NCBI GenBank assembly: GCA_934591705.1
Contig: CAKTPM010000005.1
Location: 972 to 64,971, forward strand
Source of the DNA: an uncultured Oscillospiraceae bacterium
GTDB lineage: Bacteria > Bacillota > Clostridia > Oscillospirales > Oscillospiraceae
DNA: 64,000 bases
Reading direction: 5' to 3'
Shown: positions 45,796-55,016 of the stretch, in pieces
Layout of the letters: each line of letters starts with the position of its first letter
Numbering within the stretch: position 1 is the first letter of the stretch
Translations under genes and position numbers: made by a program
The notes under the pieces: generated by a model
The model's database searches: none
Told to the model about the DNA's origin: nothing
The model's input: the letters and a program-made list of their open reading frames with translations, nothing else

Positions 45796-45909
45796 ATGTC
45801 AGCTATAACCTATATCATCATCGTTCTCGGCGCCGCCTCCGTATCCGTCAATATCATGCGCTTTGTGGAGCGGGTGCAGCAGCCCCGCCGGCGCCGCCGC
45901 ACGGTATAG
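45796..45909 (+). CDS. Small (37 aa) hydrophobic peptide with a poly-Arg tail, encoded as the first cistron of the SOS-box transcript.
   Basis: RBS TAGGAGG 7 nt upstream of the ATG. MSAITYIIIVLGAASVSVNIMRFVERVQQPRRRRRTV (one TM plus a basic C-terminus). Its stop lies 3 nt before the radical-SAM ATG, which has no RBS of its own. Confidence 0.4.
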   Translation: MSAITYIIIVLGAASVSVNIMRFVERVQQPRRRRRTV

Positions 45910-45912
45910 GCC

Positions 45913-47181
45913 ATGGACCTTTTGGAGAAGCTGGAGATCCTCTCCGACGCCGCCAAGTATGATGCGGCGTGTACCTCCAGCGGTGTGCGCCGGGGCTTCG
46001 TGCCGGGAAAGGTGGGCAATACCACCTCCTCCATCGCCGGCTGCTGCCACAGCTTTTCGGCGGACGGGCGGTGCATCACCCTGCTGAAGGTATTGATGAC
46101 CAACGCCTGCGCCTACGACTGTAGGTACTGCGTCAACCGCCGCAGCAATGACACCCGCCGGGCCGCCTTTACACCCCGGGAGCTGGCGGAGCTGACCATA
46201 CAGTTTTACCGCCGCAACTATATTGAGGGGCTTTTCCTCTCCTCCGGGGTGCTGCGCTCCCCGGACTATACCACCGAGCGGATGATCGCCGCCCTGCGGC
46301 TGCTGCGGCAGGACTACGGCTTCAACGGCTACATCCACGCCAAGACCATCCCCGGCACCGCTCCGGAGCTGGTGCGGAAGCTGGGCTATCTGGCTGACCG
46401 CCTCAGCGTGAACATCGAGCTGCCCTCGGAGGCCGCCCTCAGTGCCCTGGCCCCGGATAAGTCCAAGTCCGCCATCCTGCGGCCCATGGGGCAGATCACC
46501 CGGCAGGTGCAGGAGAACCGGCAGGAGCTGGTGAAATACAAGCACGCCCCCGCCTTCGCCCCGGCGGGGCAGAGCACCCAGCTCATCGTGGGGGCCACCG
46601 GCGACACGGACCGACACATCCTGCAGCTCACGGAGTCGCTCTATCAAAAATACCGCCTCAAGCGGGTGTTTTTCAGCGCTTATGTGCCGGTGGTGGAAAA
46701 TGCCCTGCTCCCTGCCCCGGACACCAAGCCGCCCCTCCTCCGGGAGCACCGCCTCTACCAGGCGGACTGGCTGCTGCGGTTTTACGGCTTTTCCGCCTCG
46801 GAGCTCCTCAGCGACGACCAGCCGGACTTCGATCCGCTCCTGGACCCCAAGTGCACCTGGGCCCTTCGCCATCCGGCGTTTTTCCCGGTGGAGGTCATGA
46901 CCGCCGGCTATGAGACCCTTCTGCGGGTGCCCGGCATCGGTCCCACCGGTGCAAGGCGCATCTGCGCCGCCCGGCGGCAGAGCCGCCTGCGCCCGGAGGA
47001 TTTAAAAAAGCTGGGTGTGGTGATGAAGCGGGCCCAGTTCTTCATCACCTGCGGCGGCAAAGCAGCGGAGGGCCTGCGGTTTTCCCCGGAGACCCTGCCC
47101 GGGCAGCTGGCCTACCTGGAGCGGGGCCGTCTGCCCCAGGCATTTCCGGAGCAGCTGTCCCTTTTCGATGCAGTGGGGTGA
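45913..47181 (+). CDS. Putative DNA modification/repair radical SAM protein (TIGR03916-like).
   Basis: CAYDCRYC radical-SAM CxxxCxxC motif. C-terminal helix-hairpin-helix region (LRVPGIGPTGARRI). Paired with a DUF4130 gene. Confidence 0.8.
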   Translation: MDLLEKLEILSDAAKYDAACTSSGVRRGFVPGKVGNTTSSIAGCCHSFSADGRCITLLKVLMTNACAYDCRYCVNRRSNDTRRAAFTPRELAELTIQFYRRNYIEGLFLSSGVLRSPDYTTERMIAALRLLRQDYGFNGYIHAKTIPGTAPELVRKLGYLADRLSVNIELPSEAALSALAPDKSKSAILRPMGQITRQVQENRQELVKYKHAPAFAPAGQSTQLIVGATGDTDRHILQLTESLYQKYRLKRVFFSAYVPVVENALLPAPDTKPPLLREHRLYQADWLLRFYGFSASELLSDDQPDFDPLLDPKCTWALRHPAFFPVEVMTAGYETLLRVPGIGPTGARRICAARRQSRLRPEDLKKLGVVMKRAQFFITCGGKAAEGLRFSPETLPGQLAYLERGRLPQAFPEQLSLFDAVG

Positions 47182-47185
47182 GAGC

Positions 47186-47968
47186 ATGGCATGGCGTGAA
47201 GTGGTTTTACAATACGACGGCACCTATGAGGGGTTTCTCTGCTGCGTGTTCGAGAGCTATACCCATAAAGAATTCCCCACCGCCTTTTACGACGACGAGG
47301 AATTTTTTACCCTCTACGAGGTGCGTACCGTCCAGACGGTGCCTGCCCATGCCAAGCGGGTGCAAAGCAGCATTGAGCGCGTCTCTCCCACCGCCGGGCA
47401 GCTTTTACGGCGGGCCTTTTTCACCTGTATGGACAGTAAAGAGGAGCGCCTTTACAGCTGCGTCCGGAAGCTATATGCCCAGGGAGACGGGTTCCTGAAA
47501 AACATTTCCGACCCGGTATACCTACCCATCCACCGAGCCCTGCGGCACATGGCCGGGGAGGTGGAAAAGTACCGGGGCTTTGTGCGCTTTTCGGACTATA
47601 GCGGCGTTCTGGGGGCGGAGATCGCCCCGAAAAACCGGGTGCTGCCCCTGCTGCGGCGGCACTTCTGCAGCCGTTATGCCAACGAGCGCTTTTTCATCTA
47701 CGACCGCACCCACCGGGAGATGCTGCTCTATGCCGCCGGACGCTCCCGCATTGCCCGGGTGGACGGCCTGCAGCTGGACGCCCCCGACAGCGCGGAGGTC
47801 TTTTACCGCACCCTCTGGAAGCGGTTTTTTGATTCCGTATCCATTGCCCCCCGGAAAAATCCCCGCTGCCAGAACAGCTTTCTGCCCAAGCGCTACCGGG
47901 ATGTGATGACGGAGTTTCTCCCGGCGGACGCCGGGACTACTCCCGCAATGCCTCCCGCAGAGCCGTGA
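47186..47968 (+). CDS. DUF4130 (TIGR03915, UDG-superfamily-like) DNA metabolism protein.
   Basis: About 260 aa following the radical-SAM gene. YDGTYEGFLCCVFESY N-terminus, typical of the TIGR03915 partner. Confidence 0.7.
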   Translation: MAWREVVLQYDGTYEGFLCCVFESYTHKEFPTAFYDDEEFFTLYEVRTVQTVPAHAKRVQSSIERVSPTAGQLLRRAFFTCMDSKEERLYSCVRKLYAQGDGFLKNISDPVYLPIHRALRHMAGEVEKYRGFVRFSDYSGVLGAEIAPKNRVLPLLRRHFCSRYANERFFIYDRTHREMLLYAAGRSRIARVDGLQLDAPDSAEVFYRTLWKRFFDSVSIAPRKNPRCQNSFLPKRYRDVMTEFLPADAGTTPAMPPAEP

Positions 47969-48638
47969 TGGCCCGGCGCTCCAGCCGGGACACCTGCACC
48001 TGGGAGACCCCCAGGATCCGGGCCGCCTGCTGCTGGGTCATGCCCCGGTAGTAACGCAGCACGATGGTGAGCTTCTCCCGCTCCGGCAGCGCTTCGATAG
48101 CGCTGCGCAGGGAGAGCTTTTCCAGCAAGGGCAGCTCCTGCGGCTCCGCCGCCAGGGTGGACTCCAGGGTAAAGCCCTCGGCGGTCTCCCGCTGCAGCGA
48201 CTCCGGTGCTATATTGGCAAGCTCAATGGCGGCCACCTCCTCCGGGGGCAGCTGCAGCTCCCGGGCGAGCTCGCTCAATAGCGGCTCCCGGCCCAGGGCG
48301 CCCCGCAGCCGCTCCCGGGCCGACCAGACGCTCTGCCCCTTTTCCCGCATGGTGCGGCCCACCTTGATGGCGCCGTCATCCCGGATAAACCGGCGTATCT
48401 CCCCGGCGATCTTGGGCACGGCGTATGTAGAAAATTGCGTGCCGTACTGGGTGTCGAAGCCCCGTATGGCCTTGATGAGCCCGATGCAGCCCAGCTGGAA
48501 GAGGTCCTCGGAGTCCACACCGCAGCCGTAGTAGCGCTTCACCACGGCCCAGACCAGGCCGCTGTTTTCCTCCACCACCCGCTCACAGGCGGCGTCATCC
48601 CCCTGCTGCGCCCGCTCCAGGAGGGAGGTCCGGCTCAT
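47937..48638 (-). CDS. sigF: RNA polymerase sporulation sigma factor F.
   Basis: 233 aa. Region 2 (DLFQLGCIGLIKAIRGFD) and region 4 HTH (MTQQQAARILGVSQVQVSRLERRAI). Follows spoIIAB. Confidence 0.9.
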   Translation of the reverse strand: MSRTSLLERAQQGDDAACERVVEENSGLVWAVVKRYYGCGVDSEDLFQLGCIGLIKAIRGFDTQYGTQFSTYAVPKIAGEIRRFIRDDGAIKVGRTMREKGQSVWSARERLRGALGREPLLSELARELQLPPEEVAAIELANIAPESLQRETAEGFTLESTLAAEPQELPLLEKLSLRSAIEALPEREKLTIVLRYYRGMTQQQAARILGVSQVQVSRLERRAITALREALRE

Positions 48639-49075
48639 CGCCTGCCCCGGGACACGATGCGCTTGGTCATGGACACCGTTGTCCCCTTCCCCACCTGGGA
48701 GCGCACGGTGAGCTTGTTCATAAAGCTCTCCATAATGGTAAAGCCCATGCCGCTCCTGTCCTCGCCGCCGGTGGTGAAAAGCGGCGTCCGGGCGCTTTCG
48801 ATGTCCGGGATGCCCCGGCCCCAGTCCCGCACCGTGATCTCCAGGGTATGCTCACCCACCAGCTTGAGCTTGATGACGATTTTCCCCAGGGCGTCGGGGT
48901 AGGCGTGGACAATGGCATTGGTCACCGCCTCGCTGACAGCGGTTTTGATGTCCCCCAGCTCATCCAAGGTGGGATCCAGCTGGGCGGCAAAGGCCGCGGC
49001 CGCCATCCGGGCAAAGGCCTCGTTGCAGCTGCGGCTCAAGAACTCCAGCGTCACATAGTTTTCGATTTTTCGCAT
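48635..49075 (-). CDS. spoIIAB: Anti-sigma F factor (serine kinase).
   Basis: 146 aa. GHKL ATPase motifs (NAIVHAY, GRGIPD, GMGFTIM). Confidence 0.9.
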   Translation of the reverse strand: MRKIENYVTLEFLSRSCNEAFARMAAAAFAAQLDPTLDELGDIKTAVSEAVTNAIVHAYPDALGKIVIKLKLVGEHTLEITVRDWGRGIPDIESARTPLFTTGGEDRSGMGFTIMESFMNKLTVRSQVGKGTTVSMTKRIVSRGRR

Positions 49076-49088
49076 GGTTTTTCCCTCC

Positions 49089-49394
49089 TTACAATATCGG
49101 CATCATCCGCTCCACCCCCGCCGCCCGGAACACCTTCCGGGGCTGCGGGGCTACATTTTTCAGCGTCACGGTGCCGTTCATCTCCCGCATCCGCTGCCAG
49201 GCCCGCACCGCCACGGCGATGCCGGCGCTGTCCATGAAGCCCACCCCGGCCAGATCTAAGACGAGCTCCTTGGGCAGGTGCAGCTCCAGCTCCCGCTCCA
49301 TCCGGGTGAAGAGCCCCTTGGCGCCGTGATGGTCCAGATCTCCCCGCAGGGCGATCTCCAAGGTCTGTGCCCTGCTAAGTACCGTTATTTCCAC
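49089..49394 (-). CDS. spoIIAA: Anti-sigma F factor antagonist (STAS domain).
   Basis: 101 aa. GTG start with RBS GAGGTGA. STAS pattern LDLAGVGFMDSAGIAV. Confidence 0.85.
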   Translation of the reverse strand: MEITVLSRAQTLEIALRGDLDHHGAKGLFTRMERELELHLPKELVLDLAGVGFMDSAGIAVAVRAWQRMREMNGTVTLKNVAPQPRKVFRAAGVERMMPIL

Positions 49395-49417
49395 TTTCTT
49401 TCACCTCATTTGTAAAA

Positions 49418-49451
49418 AAATAATCACCGCAGATCATCATCTGCGGTGATT
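49418..49451. terminator. Bidirectional intrinsic terminator AATCACCGCAGATcatCATCTGCGGTGATT. Terminates valS on the minus strand.
   Basis: Perfect 13-bp arms. T-run on the minus strand and A-run on the + side. Confidence 0.7.
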
Positions 49452-49505
49452 ATATGCCAATGTTCCTGTGTAACCTGTCGAATCCGGCTTGACCCGGGAA
49501 GAATA

Positions 49506-52139
49506 TCAGAAGCGCATGGCGGCTGCGGCCTCGTCCAGCTGGGCGATAAGGGCCCGGGCCTTCTCGGCCCGCTCACGCTCGGCATTCACCACATTCTCCG
49601 GTGCCCGGGCGGTGAAGCTCTCGTTGGCCAGCTTGGCCTCGATGCGCTGGAGGTTCTCCACGGCCTTCTGCCGCTCCTTGGCGATGCGCTCACGCTCGGC
49701 GGCAATGTCCACCAGCTCCGCCAGAGGCAGGTAGATGCTGGCGTCATGGGTGGCCACGCTGACCATGCCGCTCAGGTCGGCAGGGGCTTCGGTGGTCACG
49801 GTGAGCTCGCTGGCCCAGGCCATGCGGGTAATGAAGTGGCGGCCCTCCTCATAGTTTTTCGGCTGCTTGGTCACGATGATCATCTGCGCCTTCCGGGAGG
49901 GGGGCACATTCATTTCGCTGCGGCGGGCCCGGACGGCGGAGATAGCGTCCTTCACTGCCTCCATGGCGGCCTCATCCTCGGCAAAATGCAGCTTCTGGCG
50001 GTACTCCGGCCACTTGGCGGTGATGAGATAGTCCCCCTCGTGGGGCAGGGCCTGCCAGATCTCCTCGGTGATGAAGGGCATGAAGGGGTGCAGCAGCTCC
50101 AAGATCCGCAGGAGCACATAGCACAGCACATTCTCGGCGGCCAGCTTGGCGGCGGTGTCCTCGCCGTTGAGGCGGGTCTTGGTGAGCTCGATGTACCAGT
50201 CGCAATAGGTGTCCCAGATAAAGTCGTAGATCTTGGCGGAGGCCACACCCAGCTCATAGGCCTCCAGGTTCTCGGTGACCTCCCGGATGAGGGTATTGAG
50301 CTTGGAGAGCACCCACTTGTCCTCCAGCTCCAGCTTCTCGGGCAGCTCCACCTTTTGGATGGTGAGGTTCATCATCACAAAGCGGCTGGCGTTCCAGATC
50401 TTATTGGCGAAGTTGCGCATGGCCTCGCACTTCTCCACGAAAAAGCGCATATCGTTGCCGGGACTGTTGCCGGTGATGAGGTTGAAGCGCAGGGCATCGG
50501 CGCCGTATTTCTCCGCCATCTCCAGGGGGTCGATGCCGTTGCCCAGGGACTTGGACATCTTGCGGCCCTTTTCATCCCGAACCAGGCCGTGGATAAACAC
50601 GGTCTTGAAGGGCTCCTTCTTCATCTGCTCCATGCCGGAGAAGATCATCCGGGCCACCCAGAAGAAAATAATGTCGTAGCCGGTGACCATCACGGAGGTG
50701 GGATACCAGTAATTCAGGTCGGGGGCGTTCGGATCGGGCCAGCCCATGGTGGAGAAGGGCCACAGGGCGCTGCTGAACCAGGTGTCCAGCACATCCTCCT
50801 CCCGGGTCAGGCGGCTGCTGCCGCACTTCTCGCAGCAGGTGGGATCCTCGCGGCTCACATTGATGTGGCCGCAGTCATCGCAGTACCAGGCGGGGATCTG
50901 GTGGCCCCACCACAGCTGGCGGGAGATGCACCAGTCATGGACATTCTCCATCCAGTTGATATAGGTCTTGGTGAAGCGCTCCGGCACGAACTTGACGGTG
51001 CCGTCCTCCACCACCCGGATGGCCTCCTTGGCAAGGGGTGCCATCTTCACGAACCACTGGGCAGAGATCAGGGGCTCCACATCGTTGTGGCAGCGGTAGC
51101 AGGTGCCCACATTGTGGGAATAGGGCTCGGTCTTCACCAGATAGCCCTGGGCCTCCAGGTCGGCCACGATGGCCTTGCGGCACTCATAGCGGTCCATACC
51201 GTTGTACTTGCCGCCGTTTTCGTTGATGTGTCCGTCGTCGGCGATGACCCGGATGACCTCCAGGTTGTGCCGCAGGCCCACCTCAAAGTCGTTGGGGTCG
51301 TGGGCGGGGGTCATCTTCACGGCGCCGGTGCCGAAGCCGATCTCACAGTATTCATCGCCCACGATGGGGATCTCCCGGTTCATAATGGGCAGAATGCACT
51401 TTTTGCCGATGAGGTGGCGGAGCTTTTCATCCTCCGGATTCACCGCCACGCCGGTATCGCCCATCATGGTCTCCGGCCGGGTGGTGGCGATGATGATGTC
51501 GCCGCTGCCGTCCGCCAGGGGATAGCGGACATACCAGAGGCTGCCGGGCTTGTCGGTATACTCCACCTCGGCGTCGGAAAGGGCGGTGAGGCAGTGGGGG
51601 CACCAGTTGATGATGCGGCTGCCCTTATAGATAAGGCCCTTTTCATAGAGCTCGCAGAAGGTCTCGCGGACGGCCCGGGAGCAGCCCTCGTCCATGGTGA
51701 AGCGATCCCGGCTCCAGTCGCAGGAGGCGCCCATCTTCTTTTGCTGCTCCACGATGCGGTTGCCGTACTTTTCCTTCCAGGCCCACACCCGCTCCAGGAA
51801 CTTCTCGCGGCCCAGGTCATAGCGGCTGAGGCCCTCGTTGACCCGCAGGTCCTCCTCCACCTTGATCTGGGTGGCGATGCCGGCGTGGTCGCTGCCGGGG
51901 AGCCACAGCGCCTCATAGCCCTGCATCCGCTTAAAGCGGGTGAGGATGTCCTGGAGGGTGCAGTCCAGGGCGTGGCCCATGTGGAGCTGCCCGGTAACAT
52001 TGGGGGGCGGCATCACGATAGAAAAGGGCTTTTTATCGGGGTTGGGGGATGCATGGAAGCAGTCGCCGTCCATCCACATTTGGTAGATGCGGCCCTCCAC
52101 CTCCCGGGGATCATACACCTTCGGCAATTCTTTAGACAT
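49506..52139 (-). CDS. valS: Valine--tRNA ligase.
   Basis: HIGH (PNVTGQLHMGHA) and KMSKS motifs. Start MSKELPKVYDP after RBS GGAGAAACG. About 877 aa. Confidence 0.95.
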   Translation of the reverse strand: MSKELPKVYDPREVEGRIYQMWMDGDCFHASPNPDKKPFSIVMPPPNVTGQLHMGHALDCTLQDILTRFKRMQGYEALWLPGSDHAGIATQIKVEEDLRVNEGLSRYDLGREKFLERVWAWKEKYGNRIVEQQKKMGASCDWSRDRFTMDEGCSRAVRETFCELYEKGLIYKGSRIINWCPHCLTALSDAEVEYTDKPGSLWYVRYPLADGSGDIIIATTRPETMMGDTGVAVNPEDEKLRHLIGKKCILPIMNREIPIVGDEYCEIGFGTGAVKMTPAHDPNDFEVGLRHNLEVIRVIADDGHINENGGKYNGMDRYECRKAIVADLEAQGYLVKTEPYSHNVGTCYRCHNDVEPLISAQWFVKMAPLAKEAIRVVEDGTVKFVPERFTKTYINWMENVHDWCISRQLWWGHQIPAWYCDDCGHINVSREDPTCCEKCGSSRLTREEDVLDTWFSSALWPFSTMGWPDPNAPDLNYWYPTSVMVTGYDIIFFWVARMIFSGMEQMKKEPFKTVFIHGLVRDEKGRKMSKSLGNGIDPLEMAEKYGADALRFNLITGNSPGNDMRFFVEKCEAMRNFANKIWNASRFVMMNLTIQKVELPEKLELEDKWVLSKLNTLIREVTENLEAYELGVASAKIYDFIWDTYCDWYIELTKTRLNGEDTAAKLAAENVLCYVLLRILELLHPFMPFITEEIWQALPHEGDYLITAKWPEYRQKLHFAEDEAAMEAVKDAISAVRARRSEMNVPPSRKAQMIIVTKQPKNYEEGRHFITRMAWASELTVTTEAPADLSGMVSVATHDASIYLPLAELVDIAAERERIAKERQKAVENLQRIEAKLANESFTARAPENVVNAERERAEKARALIAQLDEAAAAMRF

Positions 52140-52149
52140 ATCGTTTCTC

Positions 52150-52440
52150 CTTTTTTCGGTATTCGGCAAAACAAAAACGCCCCGCTTTGCCATAGGGCAA
52201 AACAGGGCGAACCAAGGTCCGCGGTACCACCTGTATTCGGGATCGCTCCCGCACTCATGGGTGCCATAACACCCTGTCCCGCTAACGGAGGACCACCGCT
52301 GCCGCTTACTTTATCCTTTCAGCGCAAAGCTCCGGGACGACTTCGGCGTTTCTGCTGAGGAGCTTGCACCGCCCGCTCCCTCTCTTCACAGCCATCCGCG
52401 CCTACTGCTTCCCTTCATCGCCGTAAAATATTGAGGTAAG
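52150..52440 (-). ncRNA. T-box riboswitch leader of valS (with upstream promoter TTGACA-17-TATACT at about 52445-52475).
   Basis: Minus-strand T-box sequence AATACAGGTGGTACCGCGG (RC of + 52219-52240). Followed by the terminator CGCCCtgttTTGCCctatGGCAAagcgGGGCG+TTTTTGTTTTG, then the valS RBS. Confidence 0.75.
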
Positions 52441-52630
52441 TATAGTATGGGCCGCGGGAATTGTCAAGTGGTCTTTTTCAAGACCGCTTTTCTTTTTTTC
52501 AAGGCCGCTTTGCCTTATTTTCATGCCTTTCTTTACCGTTTTTTTACAATTCGCCGGGCATAGCCACTTCCCATTGGGGCGGCGGTATGGTATAGTAGCT
52601 TTACGAGAATAATAGGAGCGAGGTGTCCCT

Positions 52631-53308
52631 ATGAACATTTTTGATATGATGGGTCCCATCATGGTGGGCCCCTCCAGTTCCCACACCGCCGGCGCAGCCC
52701 GCATCGGTAAAATGGCCCGGACGCTTTTGGGGGAAAAGCCCGTCAGCGCCCGGATCCATCTCCACGGCTCCTTCGCCGAGACCGGCCGCGGCCACGGCAC
52801 CGACCGGGCCATTGTGGGCGGCCTTCTGGGCATGGAGCCGGACGATATGCGCATTCCCTTCTCCTTCGACGAGGCGAAAAAGGACGGTCTCACCTTCACC
52901 ATCGACAATGTGGAGCTCCGGGACGCCCACCCCAATACCGCCCGGATCCAGCTGGACGGGGAGCACGGCGCGCACCTGGACATACAGGCCTGCTCCATAG
53001 GCGGCGGCGCCATTGAGGTCCACAAGCTGGACGGCATCGATGTGAACTTCACCGGCAACTACAACACACTGGTGGTCCGCAACCGCGATGAAAACGGCAC
53101 CCTGGCTGCCGTGACCACCATCCTCAGCCAGCTGCGCATCAATGTGGGCAATATGAGCCTGTGCCGCCATAAGCGGGGCGGCGACGCGCTGATGGTCATT
53201 GAGACCGACCAGCACATCCGCCCCAGCCAAGTAGAGTTTCTCCGGGAGCTGCCCGGCGTCATCTCCGCGACCTATTACGACAAGGAGGACGAGAGCTATG
53301 GTGCTTAA
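52631..53308 (+). CDS. sdaAB: L-serine dehydratase, iron-sulfur-dependent, beta subunit.
   Basis: MNIFDMMGPIMVGPSSSHTAGA N-terminus and ACT-like C-terminus. Extended -10 TGgTATAGT upstream. Confidence 0.9.
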   Translation: MNIFDMMGPIMVGPSSSHTAGAARIGKMARTLLGEKPVSARIHLHGSFAETGRGHGTDRAIVGGLLGMEPDDMRIPFSFDEAKKDGLTFTIDNVELRDAHPNTARIQLDGEHGAHLDIQACSIGGGAIEVHKLDGIDVNFTGNYNTLVVRNRDENGTLAAVTTILSQLRINVGNMSLCRHKRGGDALMVIETDQHIRPSQVEFLRELPGVISATYYDKEDESYGA

Positions 53309-54173
53309 ATCCATGAGCGAGATCTATGAGGAATGCCGGCGCAGCGGCCTGCCCTTCTGGGAGGTCATCCTGCGCTACGACATGGACGACCGTCAGGTCA
53401 CCCGGGAGGAGTCCATCGGCAAGATGCTCATCACCTGGCAGGCCATGCAGGACGCCTCTGACAGCTATACCGGCACCCGCAAGAGCGTCAGCGGCATGGT
53501 GGGCGGCGAGGGCATGCGCATGAAGCAGTATAACCTCCGGGGCAACGGCCTGTGCAGCGGCTACATCGGCGAGGTCATGGCCGAGGCACTGTGCATGGCG
53601 GAGTCCAACGCCTGCATGCGCCGGATCGTGGCCTGCCCCACGGCGGGCTCCTGCGGCGTGATGCCGGCGGTGCTGCTGCCGCTGATGCGCCGGGAGGACA
53701 TCACCCAGAAACAGATCATCGAGGCCTTCTATGTGGCCTGCGGCGTGGGTATGGTCATCGCCGACCGGGCCTGCATTGCCGGCGCCACCGGCGGCTGCCA
53801 GGCGGAGATCGGCACCGCCTCCGCCATGGCGGCGGCGGCTCTGGTGAAGCTCAAGGGCGGCAGCGATGAGCTCATCGCCCAGGCGGTGTCCATCGCCCTT
53901 TCCAATCTCATGGGCCTGGTGTGCGACCCGGTGGCCGGGCTGGTGGAGGTCCCCTGTGTCAAGCGCAATGTCATCGGCGCTCTCAACGCCGTCAGCTCCG
54001 CGGACATGGCTCTGGCGGGCATCGAATCCATCATACCGGTGGACGAGGTCATCGACGCCATGGCGGAGGTGGGCCGCCGGATGCCGGTGGATTATAAGGA
54101 GACCGCCACCGGCGCCCTGGCCAACACGCCTACCGGCCGGGCCATCCGGGAGCGGATCTGGAGTAAAGAATAA
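53298..54173 (+). CDS. sdaAA: L-serine dehydratase, iron-sulfur-dependent, alpha subunit.
   Basis: 291 aa. Cys ligands (CPTAGSCGVMPAV). Overlaps the sdaAB stop. Confidence 0.9.
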   Translation: MVLKSMSEIYEECRRSGLPFWEVILRYDMDDRQVTREESIGKMLITWQAMQDASDSYTGTRKSVSGMVGGEGMRMKQYNLRGNGLCSGYIGEVMAEALCMAESNACMRRIVACPTAGSCGVMPAVLLPLMRREDITQKQIIEAFYVACGVGMVIADRACIAGATGGCQAEIGTASAMAAAALVKLKGGSDELIAQAVSIALSNLMGLVCDPVAGLVEVPCVKRNVIGALNAVSSADMALAGIESIIPVDEVIDAMAEVGRRMPVDYKETATGALANTPTGRAIRERIWSKE

Positions 54174-54196
54174 TTCCTTTACAGAGGTTATCCCAA

Positions 54197-54868
54197 TTGA
54201 AAGAAAAAAGATTTCAACTCAAAAACTACGCGCCCATTCTCCTGATGCTGGCCTGCGCCGCCGTTTTGGGCACCCTGCTGGGCACCGGGGTCATCTCCCT
54301 GGACACCATCCCGGAATTCGTGCAGGAAAAGCCCGTTTTGGCCTTCGCGGTGATCATGGCGCTGTATCTGGCCAAGGGGTTCTCCGGCGTCATTCTCTAT
54401 AACGCGCTGGTCATCGCCGTGTCCTTGATCTTCCCCATGTGGGCGGCGCTTTTGACCAACGCCCTGGGCACGGCGGTGGCCCTGTCGGTGTCCTACATCA
54501 TGGGCAGCCGCACCAACATCAGCATAGACGCCTTTTTGGATAAGCACCCCAAGATGAAAAAGTACTTCCGGGCCACCCAGCAGTTCGGCTTTGTGGCCTG
54601 CTTCGCCATCCACATGGCCGGGCTGAGCATGGAGGTGCTGGGGCTGCTCTTCGGTATCATGCACATTGGCTTTTGGCGCTATCTCATCAGCTCCTGGCTT
54701 GCCATCATCCCGGGGATGGTGTGCTTTACCATCGCGGGCAACGAGCTCTCCTTCCGCTCTCCCCTTTTCTGGATCGTGCTGGTCATCGACCTGTGCATGA
54801 TGGCCTTCGGCTTCCTCTACACCAAGAAGCACATTTTGCCCAAGGCCGGAGAAAATACCGAGAGCTGA
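54197..54868 (+). CDS. TVP38/TMEM64 (DedA/SNARE-associated) family membrane protein.
   Basis: 223 aa. Multi-TM with the DedA-like pattern. Confidence 0.7.
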   Translation: MKEKRFQLKNYAPILLMLACAAVLGTLLGTGVISLDTIPEFVQEKPVLAFAVIMALYLAKGFSGVILYNALVIAVSLIFPMWAALLTNALGTAVALSVSYIMGSRTNISIDAFLDKHPKMKKYFRATQQFGFVACFAIHMAGLSMEVLGLLFGIMHIGFWRYLISSWLAIIPGMVCFTIAGNELSFRSPLFWIVLVIDLCMMAFGFLYTKKHILPKAGENTES

Positions 54869-54889
54869 CCACTTATTTCGGATAAAACC

Positions 54890-54922
54890 GCAAAAAAAGA
54901 GCCCCTATGGGCTCTTTTTTCT
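54890..54922. terminator. Intrinsic terminator AAAAAAAGAGCCCctatGGGCTCTTTTTTC.
   Basis: Perfect GC-rich stem flanked by A- and T-runs after the DedA gene. Confidence 0.75.
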
Positions 54923-55016
54923 GTTTTGCTGTTGCATTTTTCTTCCGCTTTGGGTATGATAAGCAACACTGCAAACCGTTATATTTGATTTTAGCAGCAC
55001 TGCAAAGGAGAAACCT

